Below, in pieces: positions 26,105 through 36,000 of a DNA stretch of 64,000 bases. The DNA is from Coleofasciculus chthonoplastes F2-STO-03. GTDB taxonomy: Bacteria > Cyanobacteriota > Cyanobacteriia > Cyanobacteriales > Coleofasciculaceae. The position numbers and the translations under genes were made by a program. The first letter of the stretch is position 1; each line of letters begins with the position of its first letter. The notes under the pieces were generated by a model. It had not been told where the DNA came from. It saw nothing but the letters and a program-made list of their open reading frames with translations, and searched no databases. Where the stretch lies: NCBI GenBank assembly GCA_040222015.1, contig JAVJWO010000030.1, positions 30,324 through 94,323 of the forward strand. The letters run 5' to 3'.

Positions 26105-27550
26105 TTAAAACGCGAGGGAGCCTGCACCATTGCTATTCTGTAAGCGTCTCACCAACTCATCAAACGGTTGCCAATTATCGTCGCGATCGATAGCTGCCCA
26201 AACCTCTTCAATAATCGGTCGTAGCAATGCAGTTTTCGGATTCTTCTCCTGTAACCGCTCAGCCATTTTAGCCAACTCATCCGTTGACAAATCCTGCAAA
26301 ATATGATGATATAATTCGCGCCAAGTAGCTAACAACACTTGCTGTTCAGCCGACTGGCAAAATGAGACCTGCTCAAAAATTTGTGAAACATCATCGCGCC
26401 AACTCGGGTGAAACTGCTGGGTTAATTCAGCGAAGAAGGCATGATATCCTACCTGAGTTTCCTTTAACAACTCAATCGTCCTTTTTAATAACTCATTCCC
26501 TTGTGATTCATTCACTTGCTCAAATCCCAGCTTATTTAGCATTAACTGCCGATAAGCCTGATAATAGTGTTCCTCATAAGCCGCTAACCCAGCTTCCATA
26601 TCAGCAACCGGAATCACCATGCCTAACGGTTGCTGCAACATTTCCAAATTCAACCGACAAATGCTCGGTTGATTGCCATAACAATAGCGTCCGTAATAGT
26701 CGAAATACGCCGCTGTAAACACAGGATTATAGGTGGGGATAAACGCATAAGGACCATAATCAAAACTTTCCCCCGTAATTGACATATTATCCGTATTTAA
26801 AACAGCATGACAAAAGCCTGCTGCCATCCATTGAGCCGCTAACTCTGCCACTCGTTTCACTAACTCGGCGTAAAATTGGCGATATTGCTCAACTCTATCC
26901 TGATGTTGCAACAGATGCGGATAGTAATAATCAATGACATGATCCAGCAGCGTTTTGATTAAATCCCGACGCTTAAAATAGCGCAACCGCTCAAACGTGC
27001 CAAACCGGATATGAGAACGACTCATCCGTACCATCACCGATGAACGAGTCGGTGACGGTTCATCCCCTCGCCACAAACCTTCCCCCGTTTCAATCAAACT
27101 TAAACAGCGAGAAGTACGCACACCTAAACCATGCAACGCTTCCGCCGCTAGAACTTCCCGTACTCCACCTTTGAGAGTCAATCGACCATCCGCACCCCTA
27201 GAATAGGGAGTTGTCCCGGAACCTTTCGTGCCAAAATCATACAGTTCGCCATCACTTCCCCGCACCTGACCAAAGAGAAACCCGCGACCATCTCCCAATC
27301 TGGAATTATATTCGCCAAACTGATAACCGTGATAGCGCAAGGCTAAAAAGGGTCGTATGCCAACAAACTTACCAAAAGCCTGGATAAAATCGGCATCTGT
27401 CACCCTTTGCGGGTCTAACCCTAAAATTGGCAGCAGTTGGTCATTACGGAACCGCAGGTGATGACAGGGAAATTCGGCGGCGGCGACTTCATCAAAATAG
27501 TCATAGCCTAGGGATTCTAACGCTCTTTCGTATTCCAGGGAGAGAAACAT
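26105..27550 (-). CDS. selO: Protein adenylyltransferase SelO/YdiU
   Basis: [47 protein letters not shown]. Confidence 0.95.
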   Translation of the reverse strand: MFLSLEYERALESLGYDYFDEVAAAEFPCHHLRFRNDQLLPILGLDPQRVTDADFIQAFGKFVGIRPFLALRYHGYQFGEYNSRLGDGRGFLFGQVRGSDGELYDFGTKGSGTTPYSRGADGRLTLKGGVREVLAAEALHGLGVRTSRCLSLIETGEGLWRGDEPSPTRSSVMVRMSRSHIRFGTFERLRYFKRRDLIKTLLDHVIDYYYPHLLQHQDRVEQYRQFYAELVKRVAELAAQWMAAGFCHAVLNTDNMSITGESFDYGPYAFIPTYNPVFTAAYFDYYGRYCYGNQPSICRLNLEMLQQPLGMVIPVADMEAGLAAYEEHYYQAYRQLMLNKLGFEQVNESQGNELLKRTIELLKETQVGYHAFFAELTQQFHPSWRDDVSQIFEQVSFCQSAEQQVLLATWRELYHHILQDLSTDELAKMAERLQEKNPKTALLRPIIEEVWAAIDRDDNWQPFDELVRRLQNSNGAGSLAF

Positions 27551-27589
27551 ATTGATGTTGGTTATGGATCATTGCTAAATGCAGGAGAG

Positions 27590-27673
27590 TCTATTCATAA
27601 TAGTCCCCTGAAGCGAGGCTATGTGGATAATACAGCCCATTGGCGGTATTCTAGTTACCGTGGATGTGATTAA
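27590..27673 (+). pseudogene. Remnant of the C-terminus of a REP-associated tyrosine transposase (RAYT)
   Basis: Manual translation SIHNSPLKRGYVDNTAHWRYSSYR resembles the RAYT motif YIHxNPVKxGxV...WxYSSY. Confidence 0.65.
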
Positions 27674-27712
27674 CGCTCTTTAAAACTGTTGAACTAAATC
27701 CTAGAATAAACC

Positions 27713-27973
27713 ATGCCCGATTCAATCATGTACCAAGAGGATGCTTATGTTGTTCTGGAAACGAATCAACCTGAGCAATTTCTCACACCTGAAGAGTTAC
27801 TGGAAAAACTCAAAGCTATTTTAGCAACACGGCAGGATACTTTACCCCGTGATTTACAGCAGTTTTCCTCCGTGGAGGAGCAAGGCAAGTATTTAATGGA
27901 AACCTCCTGTGAATTGGATATGGAACCAGGAGAGTATTTGCAATGGTATGTCGTGCGGTTGGAAAAGCCCTAG
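27713..27973 (+). CDS. crr7: Chlororespiratory reduction protein 7 (NDH-1 assembly factor)
   Basis: YVVLETNQPEQFLT..EL, CELD..PGEYLQWYVVRLEK. Confidence 0.9.
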   Translation: MPDSIMYQEDAYVVLETNQPEQFLTPEELLEKLKAILATRQDTLPRDLQQFSSVEEQGKYLMETSCELDMEPGEYLQWYVVRLEKP

Positions 27974-28203
27974 TGACCAAAGAACTCCCGACCTTAAACG
28001 TCTGGAGTTCCTTTAAAATTAACTTTTTTAACTGAATCTCTAAAACACTATCAGTAATAGACAGGTTTGCTTTTTTATGCCAATAAATTCAGAAATTATT
28101 TGATTTCGCAAAAGCCTTTTTCTACATCACTGACCCGGTTGTCTCGACGGATATTGTTACGGTTGAATGATGGGTTAGGCTATATCACGGGTCGATTATT
28201 ACT

Positions 28204-28453
28204 CTGACTTTTCACGCCATTTAGGAAAATCGATATCAAACCTAACCCCCCTACCCCCCTCGTTCCCCCCTACAAGAGGGGGGAGGACAGAGGATGCTTC
28301 GCTTTTGTTGCACGGGGGAGGATAGAGGATGCGAGAGCTTTTGTGGCAGGGGGGAGGATAGAGGATGCGAGAGCTCTTGTTGCACGGAAGGGGGAGAATT
28401 CAAAGCCTCTCTCCTTGTAGGAGAGAGGTTTTCCAGATCCCGTGAAAAGTAAG
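28204..28453. mobile_element. MITE, 250 bp, 13-bp TIRs, 10-bp target-site duplication
   Basis: TIRs CTGACTTTTCACG / CGTGAAAAGTAAG (1 mismatch); GATTATTACT duplicated at 28194-28203 and 28454-28463. Confidence 0.88.
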
Positions 28454-28689
28454 GATTATTACTCTGGTCTGAAAAGAAGGACTTAATTGAGAAAAAATCG
28501 ATTCTGGCTTATCGCTCTTGTGTCAATTTCGGAAGGGCGAAGCCTGAAACCCTTACATTAATAGAGTTTGGTGAATTGCCCCTATGTCATTAGTTTCTAT
28601 CAATTTCTCAACGCCCAAATGCTTGGCAGCCAGGGCTTTCAGCAATCCGGTTTGATAATTCTTTTCCCAGAGTGACAATAGAGCGCTAG

Positions 28690-29235
28690 TTAAGGTGCAG
28701 CAATCAATGCCACATCAACCTGGTCTTCTTCAGGTTGGCTCAATTCAACTCGGATATTCGGACCAAAGAATTTTTCTATTTTTTCCCGCTTTTGTTCCCA
28801 TGTTTCAAAGGGAATCAGCGGCGAGTAAAATTCCAGTACTAACGTGTAAGCGCCATCCACTACAGTTTCTCGTAAACTATTGAGGTCTGGTCGTTCCTCA
28901 TCGCTAGGAGAGAGACCCAAACTTTCCAGAGAGCTATCTAAGTGAGCGTCTTGACCGTAACGATAACGCATCACATCTTGGCGAATTTGGTTTTGAATCG
29001 GAGTAGCTGTCTGCTGTCGCTGTTGCAACACGTCCGGTGGTGTGGGTTGACTTAAAGGTACAGGCTTAAGTTCGGCGGCTTTCAGGGCAAAACCGCCCAG
29101 TAAGATGGGGACGCCGTAGAAAAATCCCACTAAATTTAAGGTCGCGTTCTCGGTGGCATAAGCCACAAAGCCGATAATGGTAAGTACTCCCCCAACCCAC
29201 AATCCTACCGTTCCCAAGGAAATTTTGCGTAACAT
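28690..29235 (-). CDS. DUF2854 family thylakoid membrane protein
   Basis: FFYGVPILLGGFALKAAELKP, RYRYGQDAHLD, FFGP motifs. Confidence 0.88.
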   Translation of the reverse strand: MLRKISLGTVGLWVGGVLTIIGFVAYATENATLNLVGFFYGVPILLGGFALKAAELKPVPLSQPTPPDVLQQRQQTATPIQNQIRQDVMRYRYGQDAHLDSSLESLGLSPSDEERPDLNSLRETVVDGAYTLVLEFYSPLIPFETWEQKREKIEKFFGPNIRVELSQPEEDQVDVALIAAP

Positions 29236-29537
29236 CTTAATTTAACTATCTACACAACAATCACTTTAGCTTTATTATCGGTGTCAATGGGTGGCATGGG
29301 AAATGATAGGGTGCAGAACATCCATGTTTTAGATCTTGGATCTTGCCTGAGTTGCTCTAGGGGAGCAAAGGCAAAAGCGTCAACGTCGTATTGTCTTAGT
29401 TATACTAGGCAAATTCGCTCTCTCGTAGCGTGATCGCTGTGTCGGCAGAAGTCCAGCCTTCTCTGTAGCATGGTATGTAAACAGTTTTTATCAGCTCAGT
29501 TTTGTTTAGTCTGCTGTTGTCTCTATAGCGTTTTCAA

Positions 29538-29798
29538 ATGATTCAAGAAAAAAAGCAACAAGCATCCTCAAAAAAACACCCTTTTCACGATCAGCTTGAT
29601 TCGTTAAAGCGTGAGGATGAAACCCTAAATAATATTCTGGCTGTTGATGTTTGGGCGTTGGCAAAAACCATGGATGAATTTTATCCCGGCTTTTGGTCAG
29701 CGTTTATGAAAAATCGAGAAAAGGCATTAAAGCGATTTATTGCCGAAGTGATTAAAAATAAACCGACTAAATCCAAACGTCCTCCTTTCCTCAGCTAG
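29538..29798 (+). CDS. Small hypothetical protein
   Basis: 86-aa ATG ORF with protein-like composition (DVWALAKTMDEFYPGFWSAFMKNR). Confidence 0.65.
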   Translation: MIQEKKQQASSKKHPFHDQLDSLKREDETLNNILAVDVWALAKTMDEFYPGFWSAFMKNREKALKRFIAEVIKNKPTKSKRPPFLS

Positions 29799-30238
29799 GA
29801 TACCAGTTCACTAATTAAATCATCAACTGAAATCCTGGAAACTTATTCCTTGCTTAAGGGAAGGATAAAACAACAGCATGCTAATATTTAGCTTGATCGG
29901 CGATTCATCTCACCGTCTAATCTCTGATTGACCGTGAGGCTTCCGGTGAGCGTCAGCCGAACCGATGAATCGCCAGTGAACTATAGCTATTGACAACTCA
30001 CCCAATGTAAAGCAGACTCAATAAATAAGGTTAATATCATTTCCGGTCAAATACCCCTGAATAAAAATGCCTGCAATCCTTGTTTTTACAGCTTTGCAAT
30101 TATGGGCAATCATCAGGACATGATATAATTCTAATTTACTCTAGCTGTAAAAGCTGGTAAATATAGTGAACTAAACCTTAAGTTATATCATTGTTGGTTT
30201 GCCAATTAGAAAAATAGCGAAACTAAAGGATAGGAATT

Positions 30239-30424
30239 ATGGACTCACAAGCGATGCGAGAGCGCATAACTGTCATTGAGAGTAAGCGAGAGTTTCTCGT
30301 CAAACTGTTGGAGGAACCCAATTTAGGTACTCTGAGAATCGATGTTAATCAAGCCCTCGAAGAACTAGACGATTTAATTGAAGAATTTAAGCGAACATTT
30401 CCTGAATCAAGCGGTAATCTTTAA
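30239..30424 (+). CDS. Small conserved cyanobacterial coiled-coil protein
   Basis: AGGA RBS-like element upstream; LEEPNLGTLRIDVNQALEELDDLIEEFKRTFP. Confidence 0.75.
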   Translation: MDSQAMRERITVIESKREFLVKLLEEPNLGTLRIDVNQALEELDDLIEEFKRTFPESSGNL

Positions 30425-30545
30425 CCAATTATTTGGATCGAAAAGCTACCTGTAAAAATTATTGTCTGACTTTCCTTACTCTTGTTTAAAAGTAGGCGAG
30501 CAAGATGCTCGCACTACTTTTTAAGATGGGAAGGAGTTGCTCGAA

Positions 30546-31082
30546 TTAATAAGCATCCTGCAATTCATAGAAGTCGGGCGAGATATAATCCTTCCGCAGG
30601 GGCCAGCCCACCCAATCTTCCGGCATCAAAATCCGCTTCAAGTTGGGGTGTCCTTCATAGACAATGCCAAACATATCGTAGGTTTCCCGCTCTTGCCAGT
30701 CAGCACTCTTCCAAATCCAATAGACGGATGGCACGCTGGGATTGTCGCGGGGTAGAAATACCTTCACCCTAACTTCCTCAGGTTGATCAACATCATCACT
30801 GATCTTAATTAAATGGTAGAAGCTGACCAACTCTTCACCAGGACCAACATCATAACCGCCTTGACATTGCAGGTAGTTAAACCCATAAGCATAGAGAGCC
30901 GTGGCAACGGGAATCAAGACCTCTGGTTGTACCTTAATCACCTCAATTCCCAGGTGATCCGGTTCCATTAACTCGGTTTCAAAGCCATTTTCCTTCAGCC
31001 AGCCATGGACTTCTCCTGTCTCAGCGAGTGAGGATTCTTCAGCGTTCTCTGGTGTCTGTTCTTTGGACTCTTCTTCAGCCAC
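30546..31082 (-). CDS. ndhJ: NAD(P)H-quinone oxidoreductase subunit J
   Basis: [37 protein letters not shown]. Confidence 0.98.
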   Translation of the reverse strand: MAEEESKEQTPENAEESSLAETGEVHGWLKENGFETELMEPDHLGIEVIKVQPEVLIPVATALYAYGFNYLQCQGGYDVGPGEELVSFYHLIKISDDVDQPEEVRVKVFLPRDNPSVPSVYWIWKSADWQERETYDMFGIVYEGHPNLKRILMPEDWVGWPLRKDYISPDFYELQDAY

Positions 31083-31818
31083 GATTCACCTCCTGCTGTT
31101 GAGACGACTTCAGTGCGGGGGGAACAGGCATTCCCATCGCTTCGGTTAACTCCTTCGGTGGAGTTTGGCGATTTTCAGACCGCAAGTATTGACCTGTGAG
31201 AATATCGGGTACAACCTTCATGCTATGCGTGGTGCTGTAATAGCGGTGGGTTGGACTCAGAGTTGCCCGTTCCTGGATAGACTCATTTGCTACCTTCTTA
31301 CGAAGTTTAATGATCGCATCCATAATCGCTTCCGGACGGGGTGGACAACCAGGAATATAAACATCCACGGGAATCAACTTATCCACACCCCGCACGGCGG
31401 TTGGTGAATCGACGCTGAACATTCCCCCGGTAATCGTACAAGCCCCCATCGCCATCACATATTTAGGTTCTGGCATTTGCTCATACAGACGCACCAGTGC
31501 TGGTGTCATTTTCATCGTGATCGTGCCAGCAGTAATAATCAAATCCGCTTGTCGGGGACTACAACGGGGCACCAATCCAAATCGGTCAAAGTCAAACCGA
31601 GAGCCAATCATCGCCGCAAATTCAATAAAACAGCAGGCGGTGCCATACATCATCGGCCACAGGCTGGAAAGCCTAGCCCAGTTGTAGAGATCGTCTACTG
31701 TCGTCAAAATCACGTTTTCTGAGAGATCCTGCGTCACCTGAGGACGACTAATGGGATTAAGAATTTTCTCTTTGGGTTGCGGCTTTTGGGGTGCCGCGTT
31801 TGCTGTATCTGTATTCAT
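31075..31818 (-). CDS. ndhK: NAD(P)H-quinone oxidoreductase subunit K
   Basis: [31 protein letters not shown]; start placed at MNTDT (31818) because sequence upstream belongs to the inserted element. Confidence 0.96.
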   Translation of the reverse strand: MNTDTANAAPQKPQPKEKILNPISRPQVTQDLSENVILTTVDDLYNWARLSSLWPMMYGTACCFIEFAAMIGSRFDFDRFGLVPRCSPRQADLIITAGTITMKMTPALVRLYEQMPEPKYVMAMGACTITGGMFSVDSPTAVRGVDKLIPVDVYIPGCPPRPEAIMDAIIKLRKKVANESIQERATLSPTHRYYSTTHSMKVVPDILTGQYLRSENRQTPPKELTEAMGMPVPPALKSSQQQEVNRG

Positions 31819-32267
31819 CCAAATATTCGCGACTGGATACCTCATCCATAGATAGTATGGGCAGTTAGAAAGCCGCGCCTCCTAGGTAAAGTACAAAAAG
31901 CTCTAAACCCCTACCGCCTTGGATTTACTCGCCGACGTTCGACATATTGCGCTTGCCTGTCGCCTGGGTAGTTACTTTCCTCGTGCTTTTAACCTGTACG
32001 GATATGGGTTATTTGATTGGGCTTGCGCCCCTCCCTTTCGGGGTAACGTTAGCTTCGCCAAAGTTATGTCTCGGTACTTTCTCCAACACACTGGCTTTTC
32101 CCTATAACCTGTTTAATGCTGGAGTTGTAGAGCTACAGACTAGCTACGCATCCGTAGGTACGAACTTTAACACTTAGACATAACGTAGTTCAAGGCAGAA
32201 CTTAGGCTGGTAAACATAGGCTTTTGGAAAGCCTCTTCCATGCCTAAGCATGGACGGGGTAGTTTAC
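31819..32267 (-). mobile_element. Non-autonomous IS200/IS605 (IscB-type) element with no ORF
   Basis: Subterminal hairpins CCATA-GATAG-TATGG and TCCATGC-CTAA-GCATGGA; flanked by TTCAT on the + strand; removal restores an ndhC/ndhK overlap. Confidence 0.8.
32030..32267 (-). ncRNA. HEARO / IscB omegaRNA scaffold
   Basis: Minus strand: GTAAACTACCCC..ACCAGCCTAAG..AACTACGTT..ACCTACGGATGCGTAGCTAGTCTGTAGCTCT..ATTAAACAG..CAGTGT..ATAACTTTGGCGAAGCTAACGTTACCCCGAAAGGGAG; motif order matches HEARO RNAs found upstream of iscB (recognised by eye). Confidence 0.85.
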
Positions 32268-32626
32268 GACCATTCTAAAGCTCCTTTGCGCCAAGCGTAA
32301 ACGAGGGCAACGACGAGAATTGCAATAAAGATGAGTGCTTCGATAAACGCTAGTAGTCCTAGCTGATTGAATGCCACTGCCCAAGGATAGAGAAAAACGG
32401 TCTCCACATCAAAAATCACGAAGACCAGGGCAAACATATAGTACCGGATATTGAACTGAATCCAAGCGCCCCCAATCGGTTCCATGCCAGATTCGTAGGT
32501 CGTCCGGCGTTCGGGGGAGCGGATGCTGGGTCGCAGCAGCTTCGAGGCTGCCAGCGCTAGAACTGGGACTAAACTGCTTGCCAGTAAGAACCCTAGGAAA
32601 TATTCGTAGCCGCTAAGAACAAACAC
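32264..32626 (-). CDS. ndhC: NAD(P)H-quinone oxidoreductase subunit 3
   Basis: [35 protein letters not shown] start. Confidence 0.98.
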   Translation of the reverse strand: MFVLSGYEYFLGFLLASSLVPVLALAASKLLRPSIRSPERRTTYESGMEPIGGAWIQFNIRYYMFALVFVIFDVETVFLYPWAVAFNQLGLLAFIEALIFIAILVVALVYAWRKGALEWS

Positions 32627-32983
32627 AATAGGTAAGTATCCCTAAACCTTGTCGTTATTACTTCTTTACATTCTTTTACCCATTATAAGGGTGGTTGGTT
32701 TTCTGCAAATCGAAGCGGGTCAAGTTTTTCCGAGACGATGAGATTTCCGCGATCGCGCCTCTTTAAAAGACACACCTAGCGACTTGCGATAATCCGGAAA
32801 AATGGGCGGGAATATTTTTCCCGAAATTTCGCGAAAATGCCTGTAAATCAGGCTTCTATGATTAACCCCCTGTAGGGGCGACCCGCTTGCATCAATTAAC
32901 GACTGTATCCACTCAATTAGGTCGGGTCGCCCTATACTCAATTAGGTCGGGTCGCCCTATACTCAATTGGCAGATACGATAAT

Positions 32984-33018
32984 TAGATCCCCGCCTTCTT
33001 GGAGAAGGCGGGGATCTG
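32984..33018. repeat. Short palindromic dispersed repeat; possible NRPS terminator
   Basis: AGATCCCCGCCTTCTTGGAGAAGGCGGGGATCTG; near-identical copy at 40025-40058. Confidence 0.75.
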
Positions 33019-33037
33019 GTCATCATCCAGCAATTGT

Positions 33038-36000
33038 TCACACCAACTGGTTATAGTCCAGATAAGCCCGAATCACCTGACTATTAACTGACGGACAGAC
33101 AATATGCGTTCCAGCTAAACCCGCTAACGTATTCTGAGAGTCAAACGCCTGAGAGACTAAAGCCGCCGTTTCCAGATAGGGGCGTTGGTTTTCACCCACC
33201 CATTGAGTAAACAGGAACACCAACGGACTCAACGCATTGTCAGGCTGGGAACTGGCCACCTGAACCAGCTTGTCTTGCCACGTAGAATAATCCATCCATT
33301 CAATCGGATGACCGATCGCCCGGATTTCGTCCACCAATTGCCGTAAGGACACCATCTCCGGACTGACCAAGTGAAAGGCTTGACCGCATAAATCCGGTTG
33401 CTGGGACAGATGGATCATCGCTTGGGACACATAATCTACAGGAGTCAAGCTCAGATTTAAGTCCAACTCCGGCGCACTCCCCAATTGAATCAACCCTTTA
33501 ATTAATCGGTCAATCAGATCCCCCTGTTGAGACGCCCCAGTTTGGCTATGTCCCGTAATCATACCCGGTCGGTAAATCGACGCCGGAATCCCCCGTGCGT
33601 GTGCCTGTTTTACTAACTTCTCACCCACCCATTTACTTTGTGCATAACCATCAGATAAGTCATCCCCTGACTCCAAATCATCCTGTTCTAAAATCACCGA
33701 CATCTGAGCATAGCGCGGCGATTGAAACACATCCAGCGTTGAGACAAAGTGAACAGGTTTTACCTTAGTTTTACTGGCTAATTTGAGAATTTCCTGAGTC
33801 CCCAGGACATTAGCGGCTCGCAAGGCGCTGTAGGGATAAATTAAGTTTACAAACGCCCCATTATGATATATGCAGTCAATCTCGCTAGTTAACGCCTCGT
33901 ACTGCGACTCCGATAGTCCCAACCGAGGTTGGGCTAAATCGCCTAACACAGGGATAACTCGCGAGTCCAGCTTATCGGGTGAGAGTAAATAGCGGTTGAA
34001 GCTGGCGGCAATTTTTTGCTGACCCGCCTCTAAAGTTTTGGCACGCACTAAGCAATAGACAGTAGCATTCGTATGTTGGAGTAATTCCTGCAATAAAAAC
34101 GCGCCGAGAAAACCTGACGCACCTGTGATCAAAATCTTTTCCGGTGCGGTGTCCGGCTGACGATAAGGTTGGTCTGGATAAATCGTCTCATCCAAAACCG
34201 CATCGTTAGCTAAATTAGTGACTGCGATTGTACCCGTCACCGTCGTCCCATCCCCTTCAGGGTGAGACGAATCAGCCTCAGTCTTAGCGGTAATCGTTTG
34301 AGCCAGTTCCGCCACAGTCGGCGCTTCAAACAGAGCAAACAAGGGTAACTCCACTTGGAACGTTTCTCGCACCTGCGATAACAGTTGCGCCGTCAGTAGC
34401 GAATGTCCACCTAATTCAAAGAAGTTGTCATACACACCGACGCGCTCAACATCTAATACAGTTGCCCAGATTTGCGCTAACTCCTGTTCAACGGGGGTGC
34501 GCGGTGCGACGAAGGTATCCTGAGCCACCTGTTGCGCCTGGTTCGGGTCAGGTAACGCCTTGCGATCGACTTTACAGTTGGGTGTTAGGGGCAAACTATC
34601 CAGTAGCACAAAGGTCGAGGGAACCATATAAGTCGGTAACTTATCACTCAGGAACGATCGCAACTGCGCCAGCGATAATCCTTGAGTTTTGACGATATGT
34701 TCAAGGCTTTGATGGATTTGTTCCTGCTGAGTAGGTGTCGTCTCAAAAATTACTCCAGCGTTTTCCTCAACGTGCCAAACCACAGTGCCTTGCAGCCACA
34801 AGAGATTTTTCACTCCTGGTAATTTTACCCGCAAAAGTACGGGTTGGTTGTTGTGCCAAAATGTCGGGGTGAGTGCCTTTAAGCTAATCCCGTTGCGGCT
34901 GAAGTTTTGCGTCATCACTTCCACTTGTTGACCCGACTCAAATTCAGCACGACCATTGATCTGGAGGGGAACACGGGGTTCTGTCCGCAGATTTCCCAAG
35001 CTGCGATGGAGTTTCGCCTTCTGGCTGGTTGTGGTATCAAACTTAACGCCCACATAGTCTTCAAATTGCCAGACAATTTGACCTTGCAACCATAACGGAG
35101 TTTCGCCTCCGGGTAATTGTAATCGGAGCAATAGGCGTTGATCGATTTGCCAGCAGTTAGCCGTTGTTGCCTTGAAGCAAATCCCCTCATGGCTGATATT
35201 TTGCGTCATCACCTGGACTTTTTCACCGGACTCCAATTCCGCCAGACAATTAATGTGCAGCGGGATTCGGGGTTCTTGGCGGCGTAAATCATGAACCACT
35301 AATCCCTGGGTTTGAGCAATGTGTTTGATACTCTGACGTAAACGTTGCTGTTGGCTGGAGGTGGTGTCTAGGGAAACGTCTACCCATTCCAGGGATTTTG
35401 TGGCGATGGTTCCAGTGAGTTGGAGTTCATCGGGGACACCCGGAAACTGGCAGCGCAGTGTCAACGATTGACCGTTTCGCCAAGTGGCGGGACCATGAAG
35501 TAAACGAATACTATTGACCGAGAAATTGCTGGTGGTTAATTCAAGGTCTGGATTCCCCTCACACGCTACCCAACACGTCGTTTTTAGGGGAACATTTTCA
35601 ACGTCTAAGTCGCTGACGAGATAAGCAACCAAGCGCTTTTCGCCAGAACTGTCATCACGGGCGACAACCACCGCGTCTCGGATACCCGCATGTTGGTAGA
35701 GGGCAGATTCAATCTCGCCGAGTTCAATCCGAAAACCGCGAATTTTGACCTGGTGATCCAAGCGACCTAAGCATTCCAGAGTCCCATCTGGTAAGTATCG
35801 GGCTAAGTCTCCGGTGCGATAGAGACGGGCACCTGGTTCTGAACTAAAGGGATCGGGAATAAATCGTTCATCAGTTAAGTCAGGTCTATTAAAATATCCT
35901 CTTGCCAAACCAACGCCACCAATTAGTAATTCTCCCGGTTCTTCCACAGGTACAAATTTAATCGGGTCAGATGAGTTTTGCTCAGGATGAGCCAGATAAA

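Noticed and set aside
28280..28390. CRISPR-like ~35-bp repeats
   Set aside because: Repeats are tandem without unique spacers, lie inside a MITE, and no cas genes are present
31819..31845. ndhK N-terminal extension MRYPVANIW and the short + strand ORFs at 31919-32177
   Set aside because: They fall inside the inserted omegaRNA element and show no protein motifs
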